From contig RFNL01000372.1 of assembly GCA_009927195.1 (NCBI GenBank), positions 9,785 through 73,784 of the forward strand: DNA of 64,000 nucleotides. Reading direction: 5' to 3'. This stretch comes from Betaproteobacteria bacterium. Its GTDB lineage: Bacteria > Pseudomonadota > Gammaproteobacteria > Burkholderiales > Burkholderiaceae_C. Below the pieces are notes generated by a model. The model was not told where the DNA came from. It made no database searches and worked only from the letters and a program-made list of their open reading frames with translations. A program made the translations under genes and the position numbers. This document shows, piece after piece, positions 1 through 9,891 of the stretch (position 1 is its first letter; each line of letters opens with the position of its first letter).

Positions 1-1273
1 TGCAGAGATCGACAAAATCTTGACCGACCAACTCAATGCCATCATGCACCATCCCGATTTTCAGGCGATGGAGGCTTCTTGGATAGGTTTGCGCGATATG
101 GTTTTTGGCACTGAAACCAGCAGCACCTTGAAAATTCGCCTGATGAATGTCAGCAAAAAAGAATTGCTCAAAGACCTTGAGACAGCAGTTGACCATGACA
201 TGAGCGTGCTTTTCAAGAAAGTCTATGAAGAGGAGTATGGGACTTTTGGTGGTAACCCCTACTCACTGCTGATTGGAGACTACTTTTTTGGCAGACATCC
301 CCAAGACATGGCGCTGCTTCACCGCATATCTAAAGTGGCTGCGGCGGCCCATACCCCCTTCATCGCGGCTGTGGCACCCACCATGTTCGACATGACTTCT
401 TTCACCGACTTGGGCGTGCCCCGCGATTTGTCAAAGATTTTTGAAAGTGCTGAACTGGCCACGTGGAGAAGCTTCCGTGATTCGGAAGACTCTCGCTATG
501 TGTCTTTGGTTTTGCCTCGGTATGCTGCGCGCCTGCCTTATGGTTCGAAAACAAAGCCAGTGGAGAGCTTCAACTTTGAAGAAGATGTGGATGGTCGCGA
601 TCACTCCAAATACCTGTGGGGCAACGCCGCTTATCAACTTGGTTTGAGGATCACAGACGCTTTTGCGAAATACAACTGGACCACAGCCATCCGTGGTGTG
701 GAGGGGGGTGGCAAGGTGGAAGGTCTGACTGCCCATACTTTTAAAACTGACGATGGCGACATTGTTTTGAAATGCCCCACCGAAGTGACCATCACGGATC
801 GTCGCGAAAAAGAACTCAATGACCTGGGCTTTATTGCCATCGTCAACTCAAAAGGCTCGGACTTTGCCGCATTCTTTGGAGGACAAACCACCAACAAGCC
901 ACGTGTTTATAACTTGGATACAGCCAACGCCAATGCCGCTTTGTCCTCAAGGTTGCCCTATGTGTTGGCCGCATCGCGTTTTGCGCATTACCTCAAAGTC
1001 ATCATGCGGGACAAAATTGGCAGCTTCCAAACCAAAGATTCGGTAGAAGGTTACCTCAATAATTGGTTGTCTCAGTATGTGCTGCTTGATGCGAATGCCA
1101 CACAGGGCGAAAAAGCCCGATTCCCTTTGGCGGAAGGACGTGTGGATGTGCTTGAGATTGCCGGCCGTCCTGGTGCATATCAAGCAACCGTTTTCTTGCG
1201 CCCCCATTTTCAAATGGAAGAATTGACGACCTCTATTCGCTTGGTGGCCGAGTTGCCTGCAGCAGCAGGTTGA
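1..1273 (+). CDS. tssC: Type VI secretion contractile sheath large subunit TssC/VipB, 5'-truncated by the window edge
   Basis: Frame is open from base 2 (AEIDKILTDQLNAIMHHPDFQ), so the TTG at 20 is not the real start. Motifs YEEEYGTFGGNPY, WGNAAY, CPTEVTITDRREKEL, SRFAHYLKVIMRDKIG, LRPHFQMEEL. Confidence 0.97.
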   Translation, partial: AEIDKILTDQLNAIMHHPDFQAMEASWIGLRDMVFGTETSSTLKIRLMNVSKKELLKDLETAVDHDMSVLFKKVYEEEYGTFGGNPYSLLIGDYFFGRHPQDMALLHRISKVAAAAHTPFIAAVAPTMFDMTSFTDLGVPRDLSKIFESAELATWRSFRDSEDSRYVSLVLPRYAARLPYGSKTKPVESFNFEEDVDGRDHSKYLWGNAAYQLGLRITDAFAKYNWTTAIRGVEGGGKVEGLTAHTFKTDDGDIVLKCPTEVTITDRREKELNDLGFIAIVNSKGSDFAAFFGGQTTNKPRVYNLDTANANAALSSRLPYVLAASRFAHYLKVIMRDKIGSFQTKDSVEGYLNNWLSQYVLLDANATQGEKARFPLAEGRVDVLEIAGRPGAYQATVFLRPHFQMEELTTSIRLVAELPAAAG

Positions 1274-1327
1274 TACCCTCATTGAAAGCCTGCTTGGCAG
1301 GCTCTATACAGTTTTTTGGAGATTTAA

Positions 1328-1810
1328 ATGTCTGACGTTCTCATTCTGTGCATTGACAGCATTCCAGGTAATTCGACCATCACAGGTTATGCCGACAAAA
1401 TCATTGTCAGTTCTTTTTCACACAGCGCATCCATTCCCTTGCAGCAAGATAGCGCGAAAACGGAGAGAACGGCAGGCCGTCCGATTTTGTCGGAGCTGAG
1501 CTTTACAAAAATGTCTGACCTTTCAACCACAGCTTTGTACAAGGCCTGCACCCAGGGTACCAAACTTGGTACTGTCAAGCTCAATGTGGGGCGGGTTGAA
1601 AACGGCACCTATATGAACTTCTTCACTTACACCATGACCAATGCAATGATTTCCAATATCAGCACTTCCGGTGGAGGTGGCATACCCTCTGATTCCTTCT
1701 CAATTAACTTCACAAAAATTCAGTGTGACTTCACCCAGCAAAAGACAGACTCCACCCAAAAGGGAACGGCCACTTGGAATTGGAACTTAGAGACTATGAA
1801 GTCTGACTGA
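1328..1810 (+). CDS. hcp: Type VI secretion tube protein Hcp (TssD)
   Basis: 160 aa directly after tssC; GGAGA RBS at 1318-1322; Hcp-like pattern IPGNS..GY.DKI.V.SFSH, SELSFTK..D.ST..L..AC..G, DSFSINFTKI, terminal WNL. Confidence 0.93.
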   Translation: MSDVLILCIDSIPGNSTITGYADKIIVSSFSHSASIPLQQDSAKTERTAGRPILSELSFTKMSDLSTTALYKACTQGTKLGTVKLNVGRVENGTYMNFFTYTMTNAMISNISTSGGGGIPSDSFSINFTKIQCDFTQQKTDSTQKGTATWNWNLETMKSD

Positions 1811-1867
1811 TTTTCAATTTCAAAGTCTTGGCTTTGTGGGCTGTCAAAGCATCAATGATTTGTTGAA

Positions 1868-2335
1868 ATGAACCGCACAGTTGCTGCATCCATTGCGCCT
1901 TTTTTTGATCGCTTGTGCGGGGCCGATTTTGCAGTGCTCAATGGTGTCTATTTGGATGCCAGGGGTTTTCAAAAGTCTTTGTTGCTGGATTTGTCGAGGT
2001 TGCTCAACACGCGGTGTCATCTGACCATCGATGAGTACATGACCTCATCCGGTCATGTGATGAATTACGGTTTGCCCTCTCTCAGCACCTTGACATCCAA
2101 CTCCAAGAAGGATTTACAAAGACTGGCGCAATTGATCCAACATGCGATCAAACTCTATGAGCCCAGGCTCAAGCAATTACGGGTCAATGCCGTGTCAGAC
2201 CCTGAGGATTTCAGGTCTGTTCAAGTGGAAATTCAGGCCGCGGTCATCTTTGGAGAACAAACCCTCAGGTTTGCGCCTTCATTCCATTTGTTCCCTGGTC
2301 AAGTTGAGTTGGTATTGCAACCCGAGACGGCGTGA
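1868..2335 (+). CDS. tssE: T6SS baseplate subunit TssE (gp25-like)
   Basis: DLSRLLNTR, NYGLP and AIKLYEPRL motifs; position after hcp. Confidence 0.92.
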   Translation: MNRTVAASIAPFFDRLCGADFAVLNGVYLDARGFQKSLLLDLSRLLNTRCHLTIDEYMTSSGHVMNYGLPSLSTLTSNSKKDLQRLAQLIQHAIKLYEPRLKQLRVNAVSDPEDFRSVQVEIQAAVIFGEQTLRFAPSFHLFPGQVELVLQPETA

Positions 2336-4113
2336 AAAATCGCATGAATCATTCAAATATTCAGGACGATTTGGTTGACTATTACCGCAGAGAAATGGCT
2401 TATCTGCGAGAAAGTGGTGATCAGTTTTCACAGCGTTATCCCAAGGTGGCGCAACGCTTGGCAGTCAATGCATCCGAGTCAAAAGATCCGCATACAGAAA
2501 GAATCATTGAGTCTTTTGCATTTTTAACGGCTCGCGTACAAAGGGAAATTGACCGCGAATTTCCCACCGCCGCATTGGCCATCTTAGAGAACATTTGCCC
2601 AATTTTGACCCGGCCGACGCCTTCGATGGGCATTGCACACATGACGCTTGACGCCAATCAAGGCAAGGTTATGGCTGGCATTAAAGTCCCAAGAGGCACT
2701 TTTTTGCAAGCAATCGCTTCATCGGGCCACACGTGCCGCTTCCAGACCACATGGGATGCCGAACTTTGGCCATTGAACATCGTGTCGACAGCGATTGAAG
2801 ACAGTCGCGGGTTGGTATTGAAATTTGCCACACACGCTGGGGTGGCCTTGAGGGATTTGGATCTGGAACGCATTAGGTTGCATCTCAGTGGTGAGTTCAT
2901 GATCAGCATGCCCCTTTACGATGCATTGGTGTCCAACCTTGAACGCATTGAAATTGGGGACGAAAAGGGCAACCGAGTATCAGATTTGTCGCCCAATCAT
3001 CTGGGGGAAGTTGGCTACGCTGAGGGCGAGCAGGTTTTGCCCCAGAACGGCAGCATCAACCCCGCATTCAACTTGCTCCAAGAGTTCTTTGCCTTTCCCC
3101 ATAAATTTTTGTTTTTCGATCTCAAGGATTTAAAAGGGTGTTTGGGCCAGGGCAATGGCTTCACTTTGAAATTCATCTTCAAGTCGGCATCCAAAGTTCT
3201 GTCCTCGGTCTCAAAAAATACTTTCAAATTGGGCTGTGTCCCCATCATCAATTTATTTCCCAAGACCAGCGAGCCCATCACTTTTGAGCGACGCCAGCAC
3301 CAGTATTTGCTGGTTCCTGATTACCTCCGCGAATCGTCACATGAAATTCACTCGGTTGAGTCTGTGATTTCCTCTGATCCTGAGGCCAAAGAACCCCAAA
3401 TCCTCCCTTATCTTTTTTCAACCGATCGGATGATGGATGAGGAGAGCCATATCTTTTGGAATTCCCACAGAGAGCAAAGCCTGCGCCCCGGCATCAGTGG
3501 TTCGGATGTTTTCATCAGTTTTGTGGACAGGTCACTCTTGAATCAAACCCCCAATAAACCTGTGTTATTTGCCAAATTGATGTGCACCAATCGAAGGGTC
3601 GCCGAAATGGTGCAAGCGGGTGCCAGGTTCATTGGTGAGTCCATTTCCTCAAATATTTTGGTTCATAACCTTTATGAGCCAGTGGCGCAAAGAAATCCGT
3701 TGTCGGCATCTAAATCCATCTTCTCGCTCATTGAAATTTTGCGACTCAACCACCATTCCTTGATCCATGATGATAAACCTGTCCAGCATTTGAAAGAACT
3801 TTTACTTTTATTTGCCGGCGATGCATCGAAAAATCAAATCCAAGTACGTGGCGTTAAATCGCTGAAAGCCAAGCCCTCCATAGCCCGTATCGGGCGAGAT
3901 ACATGGCGTGGGCATTGTGTCGGTAATGACATTTGGATAGATCTGGATGAATCTGCATTTGTAGGTGGATCTGGGTATATTTTTGCGGGCGTTTTGGCAA
4001 GATTTTTTGGCTTGTACACCACAGTCAATTCCTACACCAGGCTGGGCTTGATGCGCAATGGTGAGGTTTTGAGGCAGTGGCCTGCCTATGCAGGTTGGCA
4101 ATGTCTGATTTGA
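2332..4113 (+). CDS. tssF: T6SS baseplate subunit TssF
   Basis: YYRREMAYLRE, DPHTERIIESFAFLTAR, LLQEFFAFPHKFLF, LGCVPIINLF, LARFFGLYTTVNS, terminal WP..G. Start is GTG 2332 (GTGA overlap with tssE) or ATG 2344. Confidence 0.96.
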   Translation: MKNRMNHSNIQDDLVDYYRREMAYLRESGDQFSQRYPKVAQRLAVNASESKDPHTERIIESFAFLTARVQREIDREFPTAALAILENICPILTRPTPSMGIAHMTLDANQGKVMAGIKVPRGTFLQAIASSGHTCRFQTTWDAELWPLNIVSTAIEDSRGLVLKFATHAGVALRDLDLERIRLHLSGEFMISMPLYDALVSNLERIEIGDEKGNRVSDLSPNHLGEVGYAEGEQVLPQNGSINPAFNLLQEFFAFPHKFLFFDLKDLKGCLGQGNGFTLKFIFKSASKVLSSVSKNTFKLGCVPIINLFPKTSEPITFERRQHQYLLVPDYLRESSHEIHSVESVISSDPEAKEPQILPYLFSTDRMMDEESHIFWNSHREQSLRPGISGSDVFISFVDRSLLNQTPNKPVLFAKLMCTNRRVAEMVQAGARFIGESISSNILVHNLYEPVAQRNPLSASKSIFSLIEILRLNHHSLIHDDKPVQHLKELLLLFAGDASKNQIQVRGVKSLKAKPSIARIGRDTWRGHCVGNDIWIDLDESAFVGGSGYIFAGVLARFFGLYTTVNSYTRLGLMRNGEVLRQWPAYAGWQCLI

Positions 4114-5147
4114 TTTCAGAATTAAAAAATGTCCCCTATCAATTTGGCCTTTTTCAAGCGGCCAGTTTGATTGAGCGAATGGCCAGCGCTCAAAATGGCT
4201 TCAGTTCACACGACCCCAAGCGCCATCCAGTTCAATTCAGGTCGCATTTATCGCTGGGTTTTCCAGCCGCCGATATCCATGCGATCAAACAGACGGATGC
4301 CGACACATACCAAATCTATTCATCGCTGTTTTGTTTGGCTGGTTCTAACGGACCATTGCCCTTGATGTTCACAGAAATGGTTCTCAGCAGCCTTCGCCAA
4401 AAGGATCCGGCGCCGGCTGAATTTTTGGATATTTTCAATCACCGGTTATTGCACCTGCTGTACAGCGTCAAACAAAAATATGAGCCTGCTTTGGGCCATC
4501 GACCGCTCAATGTCATACCCACATTGCGTTTTGTCGATGCCTGTGCCAGTTTGGGGCGCACGTCCCATGACCCCTCCAGCCAGGAAGCTGTCTGGCTGAA
4601 ACATGCTGCATTGGTGGGTTCATCCCCGCGATCCATGGCCACCCTTTTGGCCATGCTCAAAGAGCGTGTGGGTATTTCTTTCCAAGCCCATCAATTCATG
4701 GGCGATTGGTTGAACCTGCCTGTGAACGAACAGGCATCGCTGGGAAACCCAAACAAACTTACCTCTGCGACCAAACTGGGCATCAATGCCACATTGGGAC
4801 GCAAGGCTTGGCATCAGGGTGGCGCCATCATGTTGAAAGCCACCGGTGTAATGCCCAATGATTTCTTCAACCTGTTGCCAAGCAGTCCTTTGCACCAAAA
4901 ACTCTATTGGTTGATCCAACGGCACCAATCGTCGCACCAGCGCGTGTGTTTGGAAATCAGCATCGAGCATCAACACCTTCTCCCCAACGGTCTGGGTCAT
5001 TGTCAGGGACCCCGACTCGGGTTGAGTTCCTGGCTTTCGAAAAATGTGCGCATCAATTCCGCGCAGGCTGGCGCACCCAGGCGCATGGATGCCAGTCGAT
5101 TTTGGTTATCCGGCGAAACCAGCCATTCGACTGCTCCTGCGGTCTGA
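4101..5147 (+). CDS. tssG: T6SS baseplate subunit TssG
   Basis: FGLFQA, SLGFPAADI, LAGSNGPLP, FLDIFNHR, QFMGDW, LGLSSWL; ATG 4101 overlaps the tssF end. Confidence 0.94.
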   Translation: MSDLISELKNVPYQFGLFQAASLIERMASAQNGFSSHDPKRHPVQFRSHLSLGFPAADIHAIKQTDADTYQIYSSLFCLAGSNGPLPLMFTEMVLSSLRQKDPAPAEFLDIFNHRLLHLLYSVKQKYEPALGHRPLNVIPTLRFVDACASLGRTSHDPSSQEAVWLKHAALVGSSPRSMATLLAMLKERVGISFQAHQFMGDWLNLPVNEQASLGNPNKLTSATKLGINATLGRKAWHQGGAIMLKATGVMPNDFFNLLPSSPLHQKLYWLIQRHQSSHQRVCLEISIEHQHLLPNGLGHCQGPRLGLSSWLSKNVRINSAQAGAPRRMDASRFWLSGETSHSTAPAV

Positions 5148-5169
5148 TGATCTCCAAAGATGTTTGCAA

Positions 5170-7872
5170 ATGAAAATTGATCTCAGAACGCTGCTGACCA
5201 AGCTCAACCCCACCTGCAAGCAAGCCATACGGCTGGCGGCTGAGTTGTGCGGCGGTCAGTCCCATTTCAGTGTCGAGTTGGAGCATTTTTTATACAAATT
5301 GATGGAGGCAAAAGCTCCTGACTTTGATTTATTGTTGAATGAATTCAATATTGATCCGGGCAAAGTATTGGCACAGTTACAGCATCGCTTGGATCAACTC
5401 AAACGAGGTAACAAAGGCACGCCAGCGATGTCGGGCGTCTTTGCGCCTTTGTTTCAAGAGGCTTGGCTGTCCAGCTCGGTTTTGCTGGGGCAGCAGCAAG
5501 TGCGATCGGGAACCATTCTGCTGGCTTTGCTGGAAGATGATGCGGTCAGGGGCACCACATTTGAAATTGCACCCCTGTTGCTGGAAATCCCCCGAGAAAA
5601 ATTGCGCAATCAACTCGCCCAATTGTTGGCTTCATCATCAGAGGATGCTGGTCTTGCATGGGTCGGGGCGGGGCAGGCCGAAAGCGCTGATATGGGGGCG
5701 TTGAAAAGCCCCCAAATGCCCAGCTTGGCCAGCACTGAAAATTCCAAAACACCCAATCTAGACCAATTCACGATTGACCTGACCGCTCTGGCCAGGGCTG
5801 GAAAAATCGATCCAGTGCGGGGCCGCGACCCAGAGATCCGGCAGATCATCGATGTTCTTTTGCGCCGACGACAAAACAATCCCATCTTGACGGGCGAGGC
5901 CGGTGTGGGAAAGACGGCGGTGGTTGAGGGTTTTGCCCAGCGAATTATCGAGAAATCAGTGCCACCGAATTTGTTACAAGTGGTGGTGCGGACCTTGGAC
6001 TTGGGTTTATTGCAAGCAGGTGCTGGTATCAAAGGCGAATTTGAGAACCGTTTGAAGTCTGTGATTGCGGAAGTCAAGGCTTCGCCTGTTCCCATCATTT
6101 TGTTCATTGATGAGGCCCATCAGCTCATCGGCGCCGGGGGTGCAGAAGGACAAGCGGATGCTGCAAATTTGCTAAAACCGGCCTTGGCCAGGGGTGAATT
6201 GAGGACGATTGCAGCAACCACCTGGGTTGAATACAAAAAATATGTGGAGCGCGATCCTGCGCTGGCCAGGCGCTTTCAGGTGGTCAAGGTCGAGGAGCCT
6301 GCCCCTGAGGTTGCCGTGGAAATGTTGCGCGGTGTGGTGCCCACGCTGGAGAGGCACCACGATGTGGAGGTGTTGGATGAAGCGGTTCGCGATGCCGTGC
6401 GGCTGTCGCACCGTTACATCACAGGCAGGCATTTGCCCGATAAGGCCATCAGTGTGCTGGACACCGCTTGTGCAAGGGTGGCTGTTGGTCAAGCAGGCAA
6501 GCCCATGGTGTTGGAGGAAGTCGAACAACAAATGGCCACTTGCGAAGCTCAACTGCGTTTGGTCCAACACGGTGTTGCCACTGGCTTGGATCGCCAAGCT
6601 GAGATCAAGCCGTTGCAAACGGAGTTGGCCAGCTTGAAAAGCAAACACCAGCAATTGATTGAAAAACTGTCGGCTGAACGCCATGCCGTCGGTGAAATAC
6701 TGGCGTTGCGCAAGCGGATCATTCAAGAAGGCGTGCAAGCACTCCACCTTGATGAGGATACGGTGAGCCATACCGAGCAATTGAAGCGGTTGGAAAAGGG
6801 TTTGGAAGCGATTCAAGACGACGAACCCCTGGTGCCCGTTTGTGTGGATTCACGCACGGTTGCCGATGTAATTTCGGGTTGGACCGGAATTCCCGTGGGC
6901 AAGATGATGGCCGATGAAATCCATACCGTCTTGCATTTGAAAGACAGGTTATCGGAACGTGTGGTGGGTCAGGGTGAGGCCTTGGATGCAATTGCCCGGC
7001 GCATCAGAACATTTCGTGCCGACCTCGATGACCCCGAAAAACCAGTCGGTGTTTTCATGTTGGTGGGCCCCAGTGGTGTTGGAAAGACAGAGACAGCATT
7101 TGCCTTGGCGGACATGCTTTATGGTGGTGAGCGCAACATGATCACGATCAATATGTCTGAGTTTCAGGAGCCGCATTCTGTTTCCAGCCTCAAGGGAGCA
7201 CCACCGGGCTACGTGGGTTACGGAAAAGGAGGCGTTTTGACTGAGGCAGTCAGAAGACGTCCTTATAGCGTGGTGCTGCTCGATGAAATGGAGAAGGCGC
7301 ACCCTGACGTGTTGGAGGTTTTTTTCCAAGTATTTGACAAGGGAAGCATGGAAGATGGTGAGGGTATTTCCATCGACTTTAAAAACACTTTGATTTTGTT
7401 GACCTCGAATGCGGCACAAGATGTGATCACCCATGCATGCCGGGGCCGACAACGCCCGTCCATGACCGAATTGACCGAATTGATGCGGCCCGCCCTGCTC
7501 AAAGAATTCAGCCCTGCTTTTCTCGGGCGAATGGTATTGGTGCCGTATTTTCCCCTAGGAGACGAACAAATAGCGAATATCGTGCGGCTAAAACTTCAAA
7601 AATTGGTCGACCGATTTGACACCAACCATCATGCCAAATTAACTTGGGATCCAGAGGTCATTGAATTGATCACCCGGCGTTGCACCGAGGTAGACAGTGG
7701 CGCGCGAAACATTGACTTTATATTGACGCAATCCATCTTGCCGGAGCTTTCTTCCATGGTTCTAGAGCGGATGTCCATGCTAAAGCCATTCAACTCGGTC
7801 CATATTAAAGTGAATCTGCAAGGCCAATTCGACTACATGTTTTCGGATAAACCCATGAGGGCAGTGTCTTGA
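5170..7872 (+). CDS. tssH: T6SS AAA+ ATPase TssH/ClpV
   Basis: Two Walker A motifs (GEAGVGKT, GPSGVGKT); RRRQNNPIL, LLQAGAGIKGEFENRL, GAPPGYVGY, SGARNID. ATG 5170 (MKIDLRTLL) preferred over the track start at 5044. Confidence 0.97.
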   Translation: MKIDLRTLLTKLNPTCKQAIRLAAELCGGQSHFSVELEHFLYKLMEAKAPDFDLLLNEFNIDPGKVLAQLQHRLDQLKRGNKGTPAMSGVFAPLFQEAWLSSSVLLGQQQVRSGTILLALLEDDAVRGTTFEIAPLLLEIPREKLRNQLAQLLASSSEDAGLAWVGAGQAESADMGALKSPQMPSLASTENSKTPNLDQFTIDLTALARAGKIDPVRGRDPEIRQIIDVLLRRRQNNPILTGEAGVGKTAVVEGFAQRIIEKSVPPNLLQVVVRTLDLGLLQAGAGIKGEFENRLKSVIAEVKASPVPIILFIDEAHQLIGAGGAEGQADAANLLKPALARGELRTIAATTWVEYKKYVERDPALARRFQVVKVEEPAPEVAVEMLRGVVPTLERHHDVEVLDEAVRDAVRLSHRYITGRHLPDKAISVLDTACARVAVGQAGKPMVLEEVEQQMATCEAQLRLVQHGVATGLDRQAEIKPLQTELASLKSKHQQLIEKLSAERHAVGEILALRKRIIQEGVQALHLDEDTVSHTEQLKRLEKGLEAIQDDEPLVPVCVDSRTVADVISGWTGIPVGKMMADEIHTVLHLKDRLSERVVGQGEALDAIARRIRTFRADLDDPEKPVGVFMLVGPSGVGKTETAFALADMLYGGERNMITINMSEFQEPHSVSSLKGAPPGYVGYGKGGVLTEAVRRRPYSVVLLDEMEKAHPDVLEVFFQVFDKGSMEDGEGISIDFKNTLILLTSNAAQDVITHACRGRQRPSMTELTELMRPALLKEFSPAFLGRMVLVPYFPLGDEQIANIVRLKLQKLVDRFDTNHHAKLTWDPEVIELITRRCTEVDSGARNIDFILTQSILPELSSMVLERMSMLKPFNSVHIKVNLQGQFDYMFSDKPMRAVS

Positions 7873-9884
7873 GAACAGATTTTGTTCAGTCGGGTGGCTT
7901 TTTGACCATTGATTCCCCTTTGGGGGAAAACGACTTGTTGTTGGACAGCATCGAAGGCTCAGAGGGCATTTCGGAGCTTTATAAGATCAATTTATTCATG
8001 CGCTCTGGCAAGACCAATTTGTCAGCGGACAGCGTGGTTGGAAAAAACGTCACGATCAAGATGGCTGTTGAGGGAGGCACAGAGCGGTATTTACACGGCA
8101 TCGTTTCCAGATTTATTCAAAGCGGATACGACGTCGACTTTGCGACCTATCAAGCCGAGTTGGTGCCATCCTTGTGGATTGCCACTTTGAACCGAAATCG
8201 AAAAATATTCCAGTCCAAGTCGGTGCTTGAAATCATCAAAGTTGTTCTCACCGCCGTCGGCGTTGTCTTTTCAGACAAAACCACCGGCAGCTATGCCGCC
8301 ATCGATTATTGTGTTCAGTATGACGAGACCGATTTCGATTTCATTTCTAGATTGATGGAACATTTCGGCATTTTTTACTATTTTACATTCACCGCCAATT
8401 CGCACACCATGGTCCTTGGCGACGCCTCTTCTGCCCACATTTCATGTGTGGGTGCCAAAACATTGCGGTTTTTTCCTCGCACCGGCCAGACCAATCCCAT
8501 CGACACGGTGTATCGGTTTGAGTCAGAAAACCGCATCGCTCTCAAATCTGCGACCGTATCTGACTATGATTTCATCAACCCAGCCACATCTTTGAGCGGC
8601 AACAATGTCGCCTCATCAGGCAGCGGTGCGATCTACGAATTTGGGACTGGCTCAGCGTTGGCCAGTGAAAGCGCCGCCAAAGCCAAGATTCGGGTGGAGT
8701 CAGCCCAAGCGACTTCCACCATGCTAAGAGGGGACAGTTTTGCGTACCCTTTGAGCGCCGGAAACAGTTTCACACTGAGTGATCATTTTGTGTCCGCTTT
8801 GAATGTGGCACATGTCGTGAGAAGGGTGCATCACAGCGCGCGCGATGATTTGTACAGCAACACATTTGATGCCTTTCCGCTTTCAACCCCATTTCGCCCG
8901 CCTCAGGTCACCCCTTTGCCCAGGGCTTGGGGCAGTGAGACAGCCAAGGTGGTGGGGCCCAGTGGCGAGGAAATTTGGACCGATCAATACGGCCGCATCA
9001 AAGTGCAATTCCCGTGGGACAGAGACAGCAAGGGAGACGACACAAGCTCATGTTGGATTCGTGTCTCGCAATCCTTGGCCGGAGCAGGATTCGGGGCATT
9101 GTTTTTGCCCCGAATTGGTCAGGAGGTGGTCATCAGCTATCTCAACGGCGATCCCAGTCGACCTTTGGTCACGGGTTGCGTTTATAACGGTACCCACGCA
9201 ACCCCTGTGAAGTTGCCCGACCACCAAACTCAAAGCACGATCGCGACATGGTCATCCAAAAATGGATCCGCAGGAAACATTGTGCGCCTTGAGGATAAAA
9301 AAGACGAAGAGCAGTTGTATTTTCATGCGCAGAAAGACTGGCTGGCAGAGATTGAAAATGCACTGACCACCACGGTTAAAGCTGGAGCTGAGATTCACAC
9401 GATTGAAAAAGGTGATCGAACCGTCGACGTTCAGACTGGCAAAGAAATACACAATGTCAAAGGCACGCGAACCCTGGACATCACCGGAGATGAGGCGCAT
9501 CAAAATGCTGGCAAATTCACCCACAAGGTGCAAGGGGACTACGAGTTGGTTGTTGATGGAAAGTTGACCATCACAGTCAAAGGTGACATTTTCATCAAGT
9601 CCAGTGCCAATGTGTCGTTCGATGCAGGTGCCGCCATGGCCATCAAATCTGCCCAGGCTTTCTCCAATGAGGCTGGGACGTCATTGACCCAAAAATCTGG
9701 CACTGACATGACCCATCAAGCGGGTACCAATCTCACCCACAAGGCGGGGGCCAATCTCACCAATCAAGCATCGGTTCAAATTGAAAACAAGGCTGCGATG
9801 ATCGCCAGCAAAGCGGATGCCATGCATAACGTCGAAGCAGGCGCCATGTTGACCCTCAAGGGCGCACTGACGCAAATCAATTGA
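7869..9884 (+). CDS. vgrG: T6SS spike protein VgrG (TssI), no C-terminal effector extension
   Basis: YCVQYDETDFDFISRLME, VVGPSGEEIWTDQYGRIKVQFPWDR, SCWIRVSQ, LPRIGQEVVISYLNGDP, HAQKD; ends in beta-repeat tail; TTG start overlapping the tssH stop. Confidence 0.96.
   Translation: MRTDFVQSGGFLTIDSPLGENDLLLDSIEGSEGISELYKINLFMRSGKTNLSADSVVGKNVTIKMAVEGGTERYLHGIVSRFIQSGYDVDFATYQAELVPSLWIATLNRNRKIFQSKSVLEIIKVVLTAVGVVFSDKTTGSYAAIDYCVQYDETDFDFISRLMEHFGIFYYFTFTANSHTMVLGDASSAHISCVGAKTLRFFPRTGQTNPIDTVYRFESENRIALKSATVSDYDFINPATSLSGNNVASSGSGAIYEFGTGSALASESAAKAKIRVESAQATSTMLRGDSFAYPLSAGNSFTLSDHFVSALNVAHVVRRVHHSARDDLYSNTFDAFPLSTPFRPPQVTPLPRAWGSETAKVVGPSGEEIWTDQYGRIKVQFPWDRDSKGDDTSSCWIRVSQSLAGAGFGALFLPRIGQEVVISYLNGDPSRPLVTGCVYNGTHATPVKLPDHQTQSTIATWSSKNGSAGNIVRLEDKKDEEQLYFHAQKDWLAEIENALTTTVKAGAEIHTIEKGDRTVDVQTGKEIHNVKGTRTLDITGDEAHQNAGKFTHKVQGDYELVVDGKLTITVKGDIFIKSSANVSFDAGAAMAIKSAQAFSNEAGTSLTQKSGTDMTHQAGTNLTHKAGANLTNQASVQIENKAAMIASKADAMHNVEAGAMLTLKGALTQIN
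9666..9785 (+). repeat. Imperfect 24-nt (8-aa) tandem repeats in the VgrG C-terminal beta-prism
   Basis: NEAGTSLT / QKSGTDMT / HQAGTNLT / HKAGANLT / NQASVQIE; adjacent DNA units catcaagcgggtaccaatctcacc and cacaaggcgggggccaatctcacc. Confidence 0.8.
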
Positions 9885-9891
9885 TGGGCCA

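Noticed and set aside
7463-7483. 9-nt tandem repeat tgaccgaat in tssH
   Set aside because: Two copies, in frame (TEL TEL); consistent with chance or a trivial duplication.
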